DNA from: a bacterium
GTDB taxonomy: Bacteria > Patescibacteriota > Minisyncoccia > JBDRLZ01
Length of the DNA stretch: 47,258 nucleotides
Reading direction: 5' to 3'
Assembly (NCBI GenBank): GCA_043812555.1
Contig: JBDRLZ010000017.1
Location: 1 to 47,258, forward strand
Of this stretch, positions 8,933 through 18,566 are shown one piece after another. How positions within the stretch are numbered: position 1 is the stretch's first letter; every line of letters begins with the position of its first letter. A program made the position numbers and the translations under genes. Under the pieces are notes generated by a model. It made no database searches. It saw only the letters and a program-made list of their open reading frames with translations, and was not told where the DNA came from.

Positions 8933-10270
8933 ATGGATCCAATCGCTGACAAATTGCCGCCGCAAAATCTTGAAGCCGAGCAATCGGTTTTGGGCTGTTT
9001 AATGCTTGATAAAGACGCGGTTTTTCAGATTGCCGATATTTTGAAGCCTCAAGATTTCTATAAGCCAGCCCATCAAATGATTTATCAAGCAATGCTTGAG
9101 CTTTACGAAAGGCGCGAAGCAATTGATGTTTTAAGCTTATCAAACCGCTTAATCGAAAAAAAACAGCTAGAAGAAATTGGCAGTAATGCTTATTTAACAG
9201 ACCTTGTTAATTCAGTGCCAACATCAGCCCATGTTAAATCTTACGCCGAGATTGTCAGCCGCAAAGCAATACTGCGCCGCTTAATTGATTCAGCCGCCAA
9301 AATAACAGAATTGGCTTACCAGGAAAGCGATGACATTGAAGTGATTTTAGACAAAGCCGAGCAAAAGATTTTCAGTATTTCTCAAAAATATGTTCGTCAG
9401 GATTTTATTTCTATTAAGCCAATGCTGGCTGAGGCTTTTGAGCGTCTTGATGAACTGCACAAGGGCGATGGCAAATTACGCGGCTTGACAACTGGATTTT
9501 ATGATCTAGACAACAAGCTAGCCGGATTACAAAAGGCAGACTTGATTGTTCTGGCGGCCAGGCCAAGTTATGGCAAAACCAGCTTGGCTCTTGATATTGG
9601 CCGTTATGTTGCTGTTCATGAAAAAGTGCCAGTAGGAGTTTTTTCTCTTGAAATGTCAAAAGACCAGCTGGTTGATCGTTTGCTTTGTTCCCAGGGACAG
9701 GTTAATCTTTGGAAATACCGCACCGGCAAATTAAATTCTCAGGGCGAAGACAATGATTTTAGCCGAGTTGGCCAGGCAATTGATGTTCTGTCTCAATCGC
9801 CTATTTATATTGACGATTCTTCGGCAACTGGCGTAATGCAGATGCGGGCAATGGCCAGGCGATTGCAAGCTGATCAGGGATTGGGTTTGATTATTGTCGA
9901 TTATTTGCAATTAATGGATGGCTCTGGCGAGTCGCGGGTTCAAGAAATTTCCAGCATCTCGCGCTCTTTAAAAGGCTTGGCTCGCGAGCTTAATATCCCG
10001 GTTTTAGCGATTTCCCAGCTTTCGCGGGCAGTTGAGCAAAGGCCAGACCAAGTGCCACGATTATCTGATTTGAGAGAAAGCGGGAGTATAGAACAGGATA
10101 GCGATGTTGTGCTTTTTATTCACCGCAAAGACCGCGTTAATCCAAAGGCTGAACAACGGAACATTGTTGATATTATTATTGCCAAACACAGAAACGGCCC
10201 AATCGGCACAATCCAGCTTTATTTTAATGAAGAGATTGTTAGTTTTAGAAATCTTCAAAAGTCAGCTTAA
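8933..10270 (+). CDS. dnaB: replicative DNA helicase DnaB
   Basis: Has N-terminal PPQNLEAEQSVLGCLMLD, Walker A ARPSYGKTS and RecA-like C-terminal motifs. Confidence 0.9.
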   Translation: MDPIADKLPPQNLEAEQSVLGCLMLDKDAVFQIADILKPQDFYKPAHQMIYQAMLELYERREAIDVLSLSNRLIEKKQLEEIGSNAYLTDLVNSVPTSAHVKSYAEIVSRKAILRRLIDSAAKITELAYQESDDIEVILDKAEQKIFSISQKYVRQDFISIKPMLAEAFERLDELHKGDGKLRGLTTGFYDLDNKLAGLQKADLIVLAARPSYGKTSLALDIGRYVAVHEKVPVGVFSLEMSKDQLVDRLLCSQGQVNLWKYRTGKLNSQGEDNDFSRVGQAIDVLSQSPIYIDDSSATGVMQMRAMARRLQADQGLGLIIVDYLQLMDGSGESRVQEISSISRSLKGLARELNIPVLAISQLSRAVEQRPDQVPRLSDLRESGSIEQDSDVVLFIHRKDRVNPKAEQRNIVDIIIAKHRNGPIGTIQLYFNEEIVSFRNLQKSA

Positions 10271-10763
10271 TCGGCACAATATTTACTCGGCCTTGAATCA
10301 CTTTGGCCAAGCCAATCACTTTTGCTTCTAAATTAGCAACTGGCAGGCCATTAACATCAGTATAAGCCACAATATTAGTTATAATTAAATCTTTTTTGAT
10401 TTGGGAAATAATACCAGCTTCAACCCTGTTTTCACCAATCAAAACTACTCTTTGACCCAAATTTAACTTTTCCCAATCAGCCAAGTCAACTATCGGTAAA
10501 TTATTTTGTTCTATTTTTTTTAGGCCATCTAAACTCGCCACAAAGCCATCGCTGGTTACAGCCAAGCCTTGTTCTAAAATCGACGGCTGAATTTTTTTAA
10601 TTACTTCAACAATGCCTTTTTCTTCAGAAATAATTATTTTTTCTGTTTTGTTAAGAATGACCGGTTGTTCTTTGGACAAAACTAAAAAATACTTGGCTGA
10701 TAAAAAACCAGCCGCAGCGCTGACACCTAGAATTAAAATAAGTTTAATTATTTTTAAAGCCAT
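10245..10763 (-). CDS. membrane-anchored hypothetical protein with a degenerate trypsin/HtrA-like C-terminal segment
   Basis: Has an N-terminal TM helix. The C-terminal DVNGLPVANLEAKVIGL resembles the GNSGGPLVNxxGxVIGI block of S1C proteases, but the catalytic Ser is missing. Confidence 0.3.
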   Translation of the reverse strand: MALKIIKLILILGVSAAAGFLSAKYFLVLSKEQPVILNKTEKIIISEEKGIVEVIKKIQPSILEQGLAVTSDGFVASLDGLKKIEQNNLPIVDLADWEKLNLGQRVVLIGENRVEAGIISQIKKDLIITNIVAYTDVNGLPVANLEAKVIGLAKVIQGRVNIVPIKLTFEDF

Positions 10764-11122
10764 TTGCTTGTTATTAGCAATAAAATAATTGCCGCACCGG
10801 CAAAAATAAGATTAAACCAAGTTTTTTTCTCGTTTCGCCAGCGCCAAAAAGTATAACTTAAAATAAACAAAATAGCGCTGATTGTCAATGGACCGATTGG
10901 CAAAAAGAGCATTGCCCAAAATACTTCTGTGATGATTAAACTAGCAATTAAAGCATCAAGATAATTTTTGTAAAGCCAAAAACTTAAACCAAAACAGACT
11001 AAAGCAACTAATAGTATTGCTAGCCAGCCTGAAAAGAGCGTGCTAATAGCTGTAAAAATTAAAAAAGTAATAATAAAATTACCGGCTTCCCAAGACAATA
11101 AAAATAATTTTTTCTTGGTCAT
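10754..11122 (-). CDS. polytopic small membrane protein
   Basis: 122 aa with four hydrophobic helices. It overlaps the downstream gene by 10 nt. Confidence 0.4.
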   Translation of the reverse strand: MTKKKLFLLSWEAGNFIITFLIFTAISTLFSGWLAILLVALVCFGLSFWLYKNYLDALIASLIITEVFWAMLFLPIGPLTISAILFILSYTFWRWRNEKKTWFNLIFAGAAIILLLITSKWL

Positions 11123-11228
11123 TGCGCGAAATTTCTAATTTAATTTTTTGCAAATCTTTCATGCAATAATTATTTTACTAAATTTAGTTTTTCTTGGCAA
11201 GAGCTTTAAATAATGCTAAGATTTGATT

Positions 11229-12878
11229 ATGAAAAACCTCGAAATCGCTAAAATTTTTTATAATATGTCTGCCTATTTGGAGATGACTGATATTAAGTTT
11301 AAACCCGAGGCTTATGAAAGAGCGGCTCGAGCAATCGAGACAATGCCTCAGGATATTGAAGAAGTTAAGCTTGAAAATATTCCAGGCGTTGGCAGGCATA
11401 TTGCTGACAAAATTCAAGAATATTTAAAAACCGGCAAGATTAAAGCGTATCAAAAATTAAAAAAACAAATACCGGTAAAAATAGAAGAGCTTGTTGCTGT
11501 TGAAGGCATTGGCCCAAAGCGCGTTAAAATTTTATATAAAAGTCTGGGCATTAGAAATATTAAAGATCTTGAAAAAAATGCTAAAGCCGGCAAGATTGCT
11601 AAGCTTGAAAATTTTGGCGAAAAAACCGAAAGAAATATCTTAAAAGGCATTGAATTTGTTAAAGCAAGCCAAGGCAGAATTTTATTAGGCCAAGCCCTGC
11701 CAATAGCTGAATCTATTAAACAAAAATTATTTAAATATTGCCAAAAAATCAGCATTGCCGGTTCTTTAAGGCGAATGCAGGAAACAATTGGCGATATTGA
11801 TTTATTAGCCGCGGCTGAGCAATCAGCAATAGAGCATTTTGTTAAAATGCCGGGGATTAAAAAAATTTGGGCACAAGGCCCAACAAAGGCGTCTGTAAGA
11901 TTAAACGCTGGGTTTGATGTTGATTTGAGAATAATCAAGCCTGCGTCTTGGGGTTCAGCTTTGCAATATTTTACCGGCTCCAAAGAACATAATATTTCTT
12001 TGCGCCGAATTGCAATTAGCAAGGGCTGTAAACTAAACGAATATGGCTTGTTCAAAAATAATAAAAAAATTGCCGGTAAAACAGAACAAGAAATTTATAA
12101 TAAACTTGGGCTTGATTTTATTCCCCCGGAAATCAGGCAAAATACTGGCGAGCTGGAAAATAAACTGCCTGATTTGATTGATTATCAGGATATTAAAGGC
12201 GACTTGCAAATTCATACTGATTGGTCTGACGGCACTGCTTCTCTTGCAGCAATAATCATAGCTGCTGAAAAACTTGGCTATAAATATATTGCGATTACTG
12301 ACCATGCTGGTTATTTATCTCGTGTCCAAAATGGCTTAGATAAAAACAGATTATTTAAACAAATGCGAGAAATAGACAAGCTAAAGACAAAACTTAAAAT
12401 TTTGAAAGGCGCAGAAGTAAATATTACTGAAGATGGCAAAATAGACATGAAAGATGAAATTTTAGCTAAGCTTGATTGGGTTATCGCTGGCGTGCATTCG
12501 CACATGAAAATGGGAAAAAAAGCAATGACCCAGAGAATTATTAGAGCAATGCAAAATCCTAATATTAATATGATTGCTCATCCAACCGGCCGGCTAATTA
12601 ACAAGCGGCCAGCTTACGAGCTTGATCTTGAAGCAATTTTTAAGGCGGCTAAAAACACAAATACTTATTTAGAAATTAATTCTTCTATGGATAGATTAGA
12701 CTTAAATTGTGAAATAGCTAGAAAAGCAATTAAATTTGGTTTAAAATTAGTTATTAACACAGACAGCCATTCTGTTTTTGGCTTATCGCAAATGCATTTA
12801 GGCATTGCCCAAGCCCGTCGCGCCTGGGCAGAAAAAAAAGATATATTAAATACAAAACATGAACTTAAAATTTCTTAA
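11229..12878 (+). CDS. polX: family X DNA polymerase with C-terminal PHP phosphoesterase domain (PolX)
   Basis: Has helix-hairpin-helix repeats, the Pol-beta nucleotidyltransferase motif GSLRRMQETIGDIDLL, and PHP motifs HTDWSDG and NTDSH. ATG at 11229 is preferred over TTG at 11223. Confidence 0.85.
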   Translation: MKNLEIAKIFYNMSAYLEMTDIKFKPEAYERAARAIETMPQDIEEVKLENIPGVGRHIADKIQEYLKTGKIKAYQKLKKQIPVKIEELVAVEGIGPKRVKILYKSLGIRNIKDLEKNAKAGKIAKLENFGEKTERNILKGIEFVKASQGRILLGQALPIAESIKQKLFKYCQKISIAGSLRRMQETIGDIDLLAAAEQSAIEHFVKMPGIKKIWAQGPTKASVRLNAGFDVDLRIIKPASWGSALQYFTGSKEHNISLRRIAISKGCKLNEYGLFKNNKKIAGKTEQEIYNKLGLDFIPPEIRQNTGELENKLPDLIDYQDIKGDLQIHTDWSDGTASLAAIIIAAEKLGYKYIAITDHAGYLSRVQNGLDKNRLFKQMREIDKLKTKLKILKGAEVNITEDGKIDMKDEILAKLDWVIAGVHSHMKMGKKAMTQRIIRAMQNPNINMIAHPTGRLINKRPAYELDLEAIFKAAKNTNTYLEINSSMDRLDLNCEIARKAIKFGLKLVINTDSHSVFGLSQMHLGIAQARRAWAEKKDILNTKHELKIS

Positions 12879-13215
12879 AAAATATCTGCCAGTAATCTTA
12901 TGGATGTTTGTGATTTTTTATTTATCGCATCAGCCGGATTTGAAATCAGGATTGGCAACGCCGATTGATTTTGTTTTGCGAAAAATCGCTCATATCACAG
13001 AATACGCGATTTTGTGTTTTTTGCTTATTCGCGCAACCAGTAATAAAAAATGGTCATTTTTAATTGCTTTTATTTATGCTTGCTCTGATGAATTTCACCA
13101 ATTATTTATTCTTGGCCGGCACGGCTCCCCGCGCGATGTTATGATTGATTCAATCGGCATGATTCTAGCTGTTTATTTTTATGATAAATTTAAGCAAATT
13201 TTTCAAAAGTCTTAA
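12859..13215 (+). CDS. VanZ-like family membrane protein
   Basis: Has four TM helices and the CSDEFHQLFILGRHGSPRDVMID motif typical of VanZ. Confidence 0.6.
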   Translation: MNLKFLKKYLPVILWMFVIFYLSHQPDLKSGLATPIDFVLRKIAHITEYAILCFLLIRATSNKKWSFLIAFIYACSDEFHQLFILGRHGSPRDVMIDSIGMILAVYFYDKFKQIFQKS

Positions 13216-13534
13216 ATGCGCTTTGCGCGGTTTAATTCATGCTTTGCGCAGCGAGCAAAGTTTTAGACTACAAATTATTATTGCTTTTATAGTTATAGCT
13301 CTGGCAATTTATTTTCGCGTGCCAGCAATTAAAGCATTGGTTTTGGGCATGGCAATTATTATTGTTTTGAGCTTTGAGCTTGTTAATACAATGGCTGAAA
13401 GAATTATTGATTTGGTTGAGCCGCGTTGGCAGGATAATATCAGGGATATTAAAGATGTTTTAGCCGCGGCTGTTTTGCTCGCGGCTATTGGTTCTGTTAT
13501 AATAGGGCTAGTAATTTTTTTGCCCTATTTATAG
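13181..13534 (+). CDS. dgkA: diacylglycerol / undecaprenol kinase (DgkA family)
   Basis: 117 aa with three TM helices and the ELVNTMAERIIDLV motif. Confidence 0.7.
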   Translation: MINLSKFFKSLKCALRGLIHALRSEQSFRLQIIIAFIVIALAIYFRVPAIKALVLGMAIIIVLSFELVNTMAERIIDLVEPRWQDNIRDIKDVLAAAVLLAAIGSVIIGLVIFLPYL

Positions 13535-13551
13535 TTATTCGAATTTTTATC

Positions 13552-13704
13552 TCAATTTTTTGAATTATAATCAGCCATTCGGGCCATTGTTTGCTTAGCG
13601 CGCTCGTTTCTTTCCTCATCACTAAATTTTTCATTTTTCATCATCCTTTTTTGTATTATTTCTGATATTTTTCTTAAAATTAAATTACGCAGCCAAGTAA
13701 ACAT
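13552..13704 (-). CDS. 50-aa small charged protein (not in the ORF track)
   Basis: ATG at 13704 is preceded by GAGGAGG with 8-nt spacing. The ORF reads MFTWLRNLILRKISEIIQKRMMKNEKFSDEERNERAKQTMARMADYNSKN and fills an otherwise empty 170-nt gap. Confidence 0.45.
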   Translation of the reverse strand: MFTWLRNLILRKISEIIQKRMMKNEKFSDEERNERAKQTMARMADYNSKN

Positions 13705-13763
13705 TGTTCTTGCCTCCTCTTTTAAAAAGTGCTATTATAAATAATACTATTAATTTTAAAAAA

Positions 13764-14318
13764 ATGCAAACAAAAAAAATAATTATTATCGCAGTAGCCG
13801 CTTTTTTATTTCTAATTTTTATTGCTTATCCATGGGGAATTTATAATTCTCTGGTCAAAAGCCGCGAAGGAGTTAAAGCCCAATGGCAGCAAGTCGAAAC
13901 TCAGTATCAGAGGCGTTTTGATTTGATCCCTAACTTAGTAAATTCTGTTAAGGGTATAATGGCTCAAGAACAAAAAGTTTTTGGCGATTTGTCTGAAGCG
14001 CGAACTCGCTATGCAGGAAGCCCGACCCCGGAAAATGCCAGCCAAGTAGAGTCTGCCTTGGGTCGGCTTCTGGTTATTGTTGAAAATTATCCAGAATTGC
14101 GCAGTACAGAGACTGTTTCTGGGTTAATGGCTGAACTGGCTGGCACAGAAAATAGGGTTGCTGTTGAGCGCCGCAGATACAACGAAGAGATTCGAGATTA
14201 TAATCAGTCAATTAAAATTTTTCCCAGAAATATTTTAGCCGGACTTTTTGGATTTTCTGAAGAAGCTTATTTTGAAGCCCAAGAAGGGACTGAAAATGCG
14301 CCACAAGTTGAGTTCTAG
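13764..14318 (+). CDS. lemA: LemA family protein
   Basis: Has a TM helix followed by YNSLVKSREGVKAQWQQVETQYQRRFDLIPNLV, a classic LemA block. The internal ATG at 13764 is preferred. Confidence 0.8.
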   Translation: MQTKKIIIIAVAAFLFLIFIAYPWGIYNSLVKSREGVKAQWQQVETQYQRRFDLIPNLVNSVKGIMAQEQKVFGDLSEARTRYAGSPTPENASQVESALGRLLVIVENYPELRSTETVSGLMAELAGTENRVAVERRRYNEEIRDYNQSIKIFPRNILAGLFGFSEEAYFEAQEGTENAPQVEF

Positions 14319-14982
14319 TTTAATTTTATTATCTTTAATTTTGCCAACAGCAACTGGCTATATTAATGACTTTGCCGGCATTTTAAGCAATGCTTCTTAC
14401 TTGGAACAGCAGATTATTGCTTTTGAGCAAGAGACTTCTAACGAAATAAGCATTGTTAGCGTCGAGAGTTTACAAGACGAGACAATAGAAGAATACGCTG
14501 TGCGCTTGTTTGAAAAATGGCAAATTGGCAAAGCAGACAAAGACAACGGCGTTTTAATTTTAATTGCGCCCAACGAGAAAGAGGTCAGAATTGAAGTCGG
14601 CTATGGCTTAGAAGGCGTTCTGCCCGACAGTTTAGCTAACTTAATTATTCAGAAAGAAATTTTGCCGGCTTTCAAAAAAGGGGATTATCAGCAAGGCGTT
14701 GAAGCTGGTTTGCAGGCAGTAATGCAGGCAATTAGAGGCGAATACCAAGCTGAGCAGAATATTGATTGGCAAAGTATTCTGATCAATATTTTTGTTTTTA
14801 TAATTTTTATTATTTTAATAATTTTTCTTTCGCGAAAAAATAAAGGGAAAAATAGTTGGCCTTGGTTCTTATTGGGTATGTTTTTCGGCCGCGGCTCTTC
14901 AGGTTCTTCAGGAAGCCGAAGCGGTTTTTCCGGTTTTAGCGGGGGATCTTCCGGCGGCGGCGGAGCATCAGGGAGGTGGTAA
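14296..14982 (+). CDS. TPM-domain protein (YgcG-like) with C-terminal TM helix and Gly/Ser-rich tail
   Basis: Has the GYINDFAGILS motif. It has the usual LemA-TPM gene pairing and a GSSGSSGSRSGFSGFSGGSSGGGG tail. Confidence 0.7.
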   Translation: MRHKLSSSLILLSLILPTATGYINDFAGILSNASYLEQQIIAFEQETSNEISIVSVESLQDETIEEYAVRLFEKWQIGKADKDNGVLILIAPNEKEVRIEVGYGLEGVLPDSLANLIIQKEILPAFKKGDYQQGVEAGLQAVMQAIRGEYQAEQNIDWQSILINIFVFIIFIILIIFLSRKNKGKNSWPWFLLGMFFGRGSSGSSGSRSGFSGFSGGSSGGGGASGRW

Positions 14983-14992
14983 AATCAAAAAT

Positions 14993-15021
14993 TTGACTTC
15001 AAATCAATTTTGAGGTATAAT
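14993..15021 (+). promoter_or_regulatory. consensus sigma-70-type promoter TTGACT-N17-TATAAT, 7 nt before the ATG of the toxin-like gene
   Basis: The -35 is at 14993-14998 and the -10 at 15016-15021. It belongs to a 32-nt repeat (30 of 32 identical) shared with 15553-15584. Confidence 0.6.
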
Positions 15022-15028
15022 AATTTTA

Positions 15029-15292
15029 ATGTCTGTTAAATTTTCTTCGCATGCTTTAAAACGAATCAAAGAACGGTTTATCGCGAAACAGACAATTTTA
15101 AACAGCCTTAACAATCCGGATAAATTAGAAAAATCTATCAAAGACCCGAATAGATTTTTAGTTAAAAAATTATATTTTAACAGGCATTTCCAAAAAGAGC
15201 ATTTGTTAATCATAATCTTTGAAGAAAACAAGAATATTAAAGAAATTGTGACGATTATTGATACTTCAAAAATTAATAAATATTTATCATGA
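15029..15292 (+). CDS. DUF4258-like putative toxin
   Basis: 87 aa with N-terminal FSSHALKRIKERFI resembling DUF4258. It overlaps the downstream DUF2283-like gene by 4 nt. Confidence 0.5.
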   Translation: MSVKFSSHALKRIKERFIAKQTILNSLNNPDKLEKSIKDPNRFLVKKLYFNRHFQKEHLLIIIFEENKNIKEIVTIIDTSKINKYLS

Positions 15293-15543
15293 AGCCAAAA
15301 ATAAATTACGATTCAAAAGTGAATATTCTTTCAATTAAGCTCTCAAACAAAAAGAGCATTGATTCTGATATTAAAAATAATATTGTTATGGATTACGCCA
15401 AAAACGGCGATATTACTAATATTGATGTTATGGGAATTGACATAAGCGAATTTACTGATTTAAACCTGCTTGCTTCGCACCCAATGCATAATCTAAAATG
15501 GATTGTTAGAGATAAGTCAAAAAAAGATTATCAGACAAAATAA
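15289..15543 (+). CDS. DUF2283-like putative antitoxin
   Basis: 84 aa. INYDSKVNILSIKL...DYAKNGDITNIDVMGI matches the DUF2283 pattern that commonly partners DUF4258. Confidence 0.5.
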   Translation: MKPKINYDSKVNILSIKLSNKKSIDSDIKNNIVMDYAKNGDITNIDVMGIDISEFTDLNLLASHPMHNLKWIVRDKSKKDYQTK

Positions 15544-15555
15544 ACTTTTCTGAAT

Positions 15556-15584
15556 TTGACTTCAAAGCAATTTTGAGGTATGAT
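15556..15584 (+). promoter_or_regulatory. second copy of the promoter repeat (TTGACT-N17-TATGAT) upstream of dnaK
   Basis: The -35 is at 15556-15561 and the -10 at 15579-15584. An additional TATAAT lies at 15592-15597. Confidence 0.5.
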
Positions 15585-15612
15585 TTATTTGTATAATTAA
15601 TTTATTAAATTT

Positions 15613-17466
15613 ATGGCAAAAATATTAGGTATTGATTTAGGAACAACAAATTCTTGCATGGCAGTTGTTTCTGCTGGTGAGCCAAGGGTTTTAGAAAACA
15701 AAGAAGGCAATAGAACAACGCCATCAATTGCCGCTGTAACAAAAAAAGGCGAACGACTAATCGGTCTTTTGGCCAAGCGCCAGGCAGTGACAAATCCGGA
15801 AAACACAATTTTTTCAATTAAACGCTTGATTGGCCGCAAGTATTCTGACAAAGAAGTCCAGAAAGACATAAGATTATTGCCTTATCAGCTTAACGAAAAT
15901 ATGGAAATTAAAATAGGCGATAAGTGGCACAAGCCAGCTGAAATTTCAGCAATGATTCTGCAAAAGCTTAAAACTGACGCCGAAGAAAAATTAGGCGAGA
16001 AAATTGACGAGGCAGTCATTACTGTGCCAGCTTATTTTGACGACTCGCAAAGAAAAGCAACTAAAGACGCTGGCGAAATCGCTGGATTCAAAGTCAGACG
16101 AATTATTAACGAACCAACAGCCGCGGCTTTAGCCTATGGCTTAAACAGAAAAAAAGACGAGCAAATTGTTGTTTATGATTTCGGCGGCGGCACTTTTGAT
16201 GTTTCGGTTTTGGAAGTCTCGGAAAGCACGGTTGAGGTTAAGGCAACTGGCGGGGATACACACTTGGGCGGCGATGATTTTGACCAAATAATTATTGACT
16301 GGATTGTGTCAGAATTCAAAAAAGAGCAGGGGATTGACTTATCAAAAGACAGAATGGCTTTGCAAAGATTAAAAGAAGCGGCTGAAAAAGCGAAAATAGA
16401 GCTTTCTTCTACAGCTGCAACTGAAATAAATATTCCGTTTGTTACTACTGATGAATCCGGACCAAAGCATTTAGCTTTGAATTTCAATCGAGCCAAGCTG
16501 GAAGAACTAGTTGGCGAATATATTGACAAATCAATTAAGATAACAAAAGAAGTTGTCAAAGACGCTGGTTTTGAGATCAAAGATATTGATCAGGTTATCT
16601 TAGTTGGCGGCCAGACCAGAATGCCGGCAATGCAAAACGCAGTTAAAAAGTTGTTTGGCAAAGAGCCGCACAAAGACATTAATCCTGACGAAGTTGTTGC
16701 AATTGGCGCGGCTGTTCAAGCTGGAATCTTACAGGGCGATGTTAAAGATGTTTTATTATTAGATGTCACGCCGCTGACATTGGGCATAGAAACACTTGGC
16801 GGCGTTAGAACAGCTTTAATAGATAAAAACACAACTATTCCAGCCTCAAAAACTCAAATTTTTTCTACGGCGGCTGATAGCCAGCCGTCAGTAGAAATCA
16901 ATGTTTTGCAGGGCGAGCGTGAAATGGCGGCTGGCAATAAGTCTTTAGGCAGATTTATTTTAGATGGCATTCCGCCAGCGCCGCGCGGTATTCCTCAAAT
17001 TGAAGTTACTTTTGACATTGACGCCAATGGCATTTTAAATGTCAAAGCCAAAGATAAAGCAACTAATCGGGAGCAGTCAATCCGAATAGAAGGTTCTTCG
17101 GGCCTTTCTAAAGACGAAATTGAACGCATGAAGGCCGAGGCTGAAGAGCACGGTGAAGAAGACAAAAAAAACAGAGAAGCAATAGACATTAAAAATCAGG
17201 CTGATACTTTGGCGTATGCAACAGAAAAGCTCTTAAAAGACGCTGGTGACAAGATAAAGCCGGAAGATAAGAAGCAAATAGAAGAAAAGCTTGAAGCGTT
17301 AAAAAAACTCAAAGATTCTGAAAACACAGAAGAAATTAAAAAAGCATCTGAAGAGCTATCTCAAGTTACTCAAAAAGTCGGCGCGGAGATGTACAAGCAA
17401 GCCGAGCAAACACAGCAACAAGAACAGCCAAAACAAGAAGAGAAGCAAGAAGAAGAAAAAAAATAA
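15613..17466 (+). CDS. dnaK: molecular chaperone DnaK (Hsp70)
   Basis: Has [17 protein letters not shown] and [11 protein letters not shown] motifs and is full length at 617 aa. Confidence 0.95.
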   Translation: MAKILGIDLGTTNSCMAVVSAGEPRVLENKEGNRTTPSIAAVTKKGERLIGLLAKRQAVTNPENTIFSIKRLIGRKYSDKEVQKDIRLLPYQLNENMEIKIGDKWHKPAEISAMILQKLKTDAEEKLGEKIDEAVITVPAYFDDSQRKATKDAGEIAGFKVRRIINEPTAAALAYGLNRKKDEQIVVYDFGGGTFDVSVLEVSESTVEVKATGGDTHLGGDDFDQIIIDWIVSEFKKEQGIDLSKDRMALQRLKEAAEKAKIELSSTAATEINIPFVTTDESGPKHLALNFNRAKLEELVGEYIDKSIKITKEVVKDAGFEIKDIDQVILVGGQTRMPAMQNAVKKLFGKEPHKDINPDEVVAIGAAVQAGILQGDVKDVLLLDVTPLTLGIETLGGVRTALIDKNTTIPASKTQIFSTAADSQPSVEINVLQGEREMAAGNKSLGRFILDGIPPAPRGIPQIEVTFDIDANGILNVKAKDKATNREQSIRIEGSSGLSKDEIERMKAEAEEHGEEDKKNREAIDIKNQADTLAYATEKLLKDAGDKIKPEDKKQIEEKLEALKKLKDSENTEEIKKASEELSQVTQKVGAEMYKQAEQTQQQEQPKQEEKQEEEKK

Positions 17467-17476
17467 GTTGCTTTTT

Positions 17477-17505
17477 TTGACAAATAAAAATTAAAATGCT
17501 ATTAT
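17477..17505 (+). promoter_or_regulatory. promoter TTGACA-N17-TATTAT with TGC extended -10, 8 nt before the dnaJ-like ATG
   Basis: The -35 is at 17477-17482 and the -10 at 17500-17505. No SD sequence precedes the ATG at 17514. Confidence 0.55.
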
Positions 17506-17513
17506 GACCAAAT

Positions 17514-17996
17514 ATGGCACAAGATTACTATCAAATTTTAGGCGTTTCTAATGAAGCGTCACAAGACGATATTAAAAAAGCGTTTCGGCGCTTGGCCCAC
17601 CAGTATCATCCTGATAAAAAAGAAGGCAACGAACAAAAGTTTAAAGAAATTAACGAAGCTTATCAGATTTTGTCTAATTCCAAAAAACGCCAGCAATATG
17701 ACTATGGTCAAGCCAGCGGCGGCTTTGGCAGTGATTATGGCGGCGGCTTTGGCGATTTTGCATTTAATTTTGGAAGTTTTTTTAATCTCAACGACTTGCT
17801 CCGAGATATTTTTCAAAGAAGCTATTCCCAGCCAAGAGAAGTAATTTCTATACCGATTGAGCTTTCGCTTGAACAGGCTTTAAACGGCGGCATAATAGAA
17901 AGAGACATTGGAGAAGGCCGTTTAATTCAAATTAAAATTATCCCGCCGAATCTTAATAATAGACAAAAGAAAATACTAGAAGATATGAAGTTATGA
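17514..17996 (+). CDS. dnaJ: J-domain co-chaperone, truncated DnaJ lacking the CxxCxGxG zinc-finger domain
   Basis: Has DYYQILGV...HPDK, a Gly/Phe-rich linker ([19 protein letters not shown]) and a short C-terminal remnant. Only 160 aa. Confidence 0.8.
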   Translation: MAQDYYQILGVSNEASQDDIKKAFRRLAHQYHPDKKEGNEQKFKEINEAYQILSNSKKRQQYDYGQASGGFGSDYGGGFGDFAFNFGSFFNLNDLLRDIFQRSYSQPREVISIPIELSLEQALNGGIIERDIGEGRLIQIKIIPPNLNNRQKKILEDMKL

Positions 17997-18355
17997 CAAA
18001 AATTTTATTATCTATTTACATTGCTTTTCTTTTGACTAAAATTTTTCCTTTTTCAGCGCCGATTTCGCCATTAGCTATTTTTATTGTTATAGCGATTGTT
18101 GTGTTTTTGCTTTTGTCGCAAGCAAAGGTTTTCAAAAAAGAAAAAAGATTCTCCGGCCGAGAATTTATTTTAACTTTTTTAATAATCTGCTTGCTATTGA
18201 CAATAGCTTTGTCTTTTTCTAAAATTGCCTTGCTTGAGAAACTGCCGCCTCAATTACAGCAAGTTTTTGTTTCAAACTATTCGCTTTTTGCTTGGTTTGC
18301 CGCGCCGTTGCTGGCTTTGGCTTTAGTTAAGAAGAAAAGCAAAGACAAAGAATGA
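17993..18355 (+). CDS. polytopic small membrane protein
   Basis: 120 aa with four hydrophobic helices. It overlaps the dnaJ-like stop by 4 nt. Confidence 0.4.
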   Translation: MTKILLSIYIAFLLTKIFPFSAPISPLAIFIVIAIVVFLLLSQAKVFKKEKRFSGREFILTFLIICLLLTIALSFSKIALLEKLPPQLQQVFVSNYSLFAWFAAPLLALALVKKKSKDKE

Positions 18356-18366
18356 TATTTTCTCGC

Positions 18367-18437
18367 AGGTCCATAGCTCAACGGTAGAGCAACGGCCTTT
18401 TAAGCCGCTGATCAGGGTTCGATTCCCTGTGGACCTA
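18367..18437 (+). tRNA. tRNA-Lys (anticodon UUU)
   Basis: The acceptor stem AGGTCCA/TGGACCT is perfect. The D arm is GCTC-AACGGTA-GAGC, the anticodon loop CTTTTAA, and the T arm CAGGG-TTCGATT-CCCTG. Discriminator is A. CCA is not encoded. Confidence 0.85.
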
Positions 18438-18538
18438 CAAGGTTAATTTTTGTTTTTTAAGCCACTTTTGTGCAAACATGCTTTCTTCTTTCCCGCGGGC
18501 CGAAATAATCACAAGAGAATAAGCCAATTTGTTATAAC

Positions 18539-18566
18539 TTGACTTTCCAATAATTTTTTGTAAAAT
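18539..18566 (+). promoter_or_regulatory. candidate promoter TTGACT-N16-TAAAAT upstream of the aspS leader
   Basis: The -35 is at 18539-18544 and the -10 at 18561-18566. Confidence 0.35.

Noticed and set aside
15597-15869. Track ORFs 15597-15869(-) and 15611-15817(-), antisense to the dnaK 5' end; similar antisense ORFs occur inside dnaK (16173-16580, 16995-17189)
   Set aside because: dnaK is unambiguous on the plus strand. The antisense frames are low-complexity and lack ribosome-binding sites.
17551-17844. Alternative-frame and antisense ORFs within the dnaJ-like gene (17551-17844 +, 17559-17816 -)
   Set aside because: The J-domain frame is clearly the real one. The others translate the G/F-linker region in the wrong frame.
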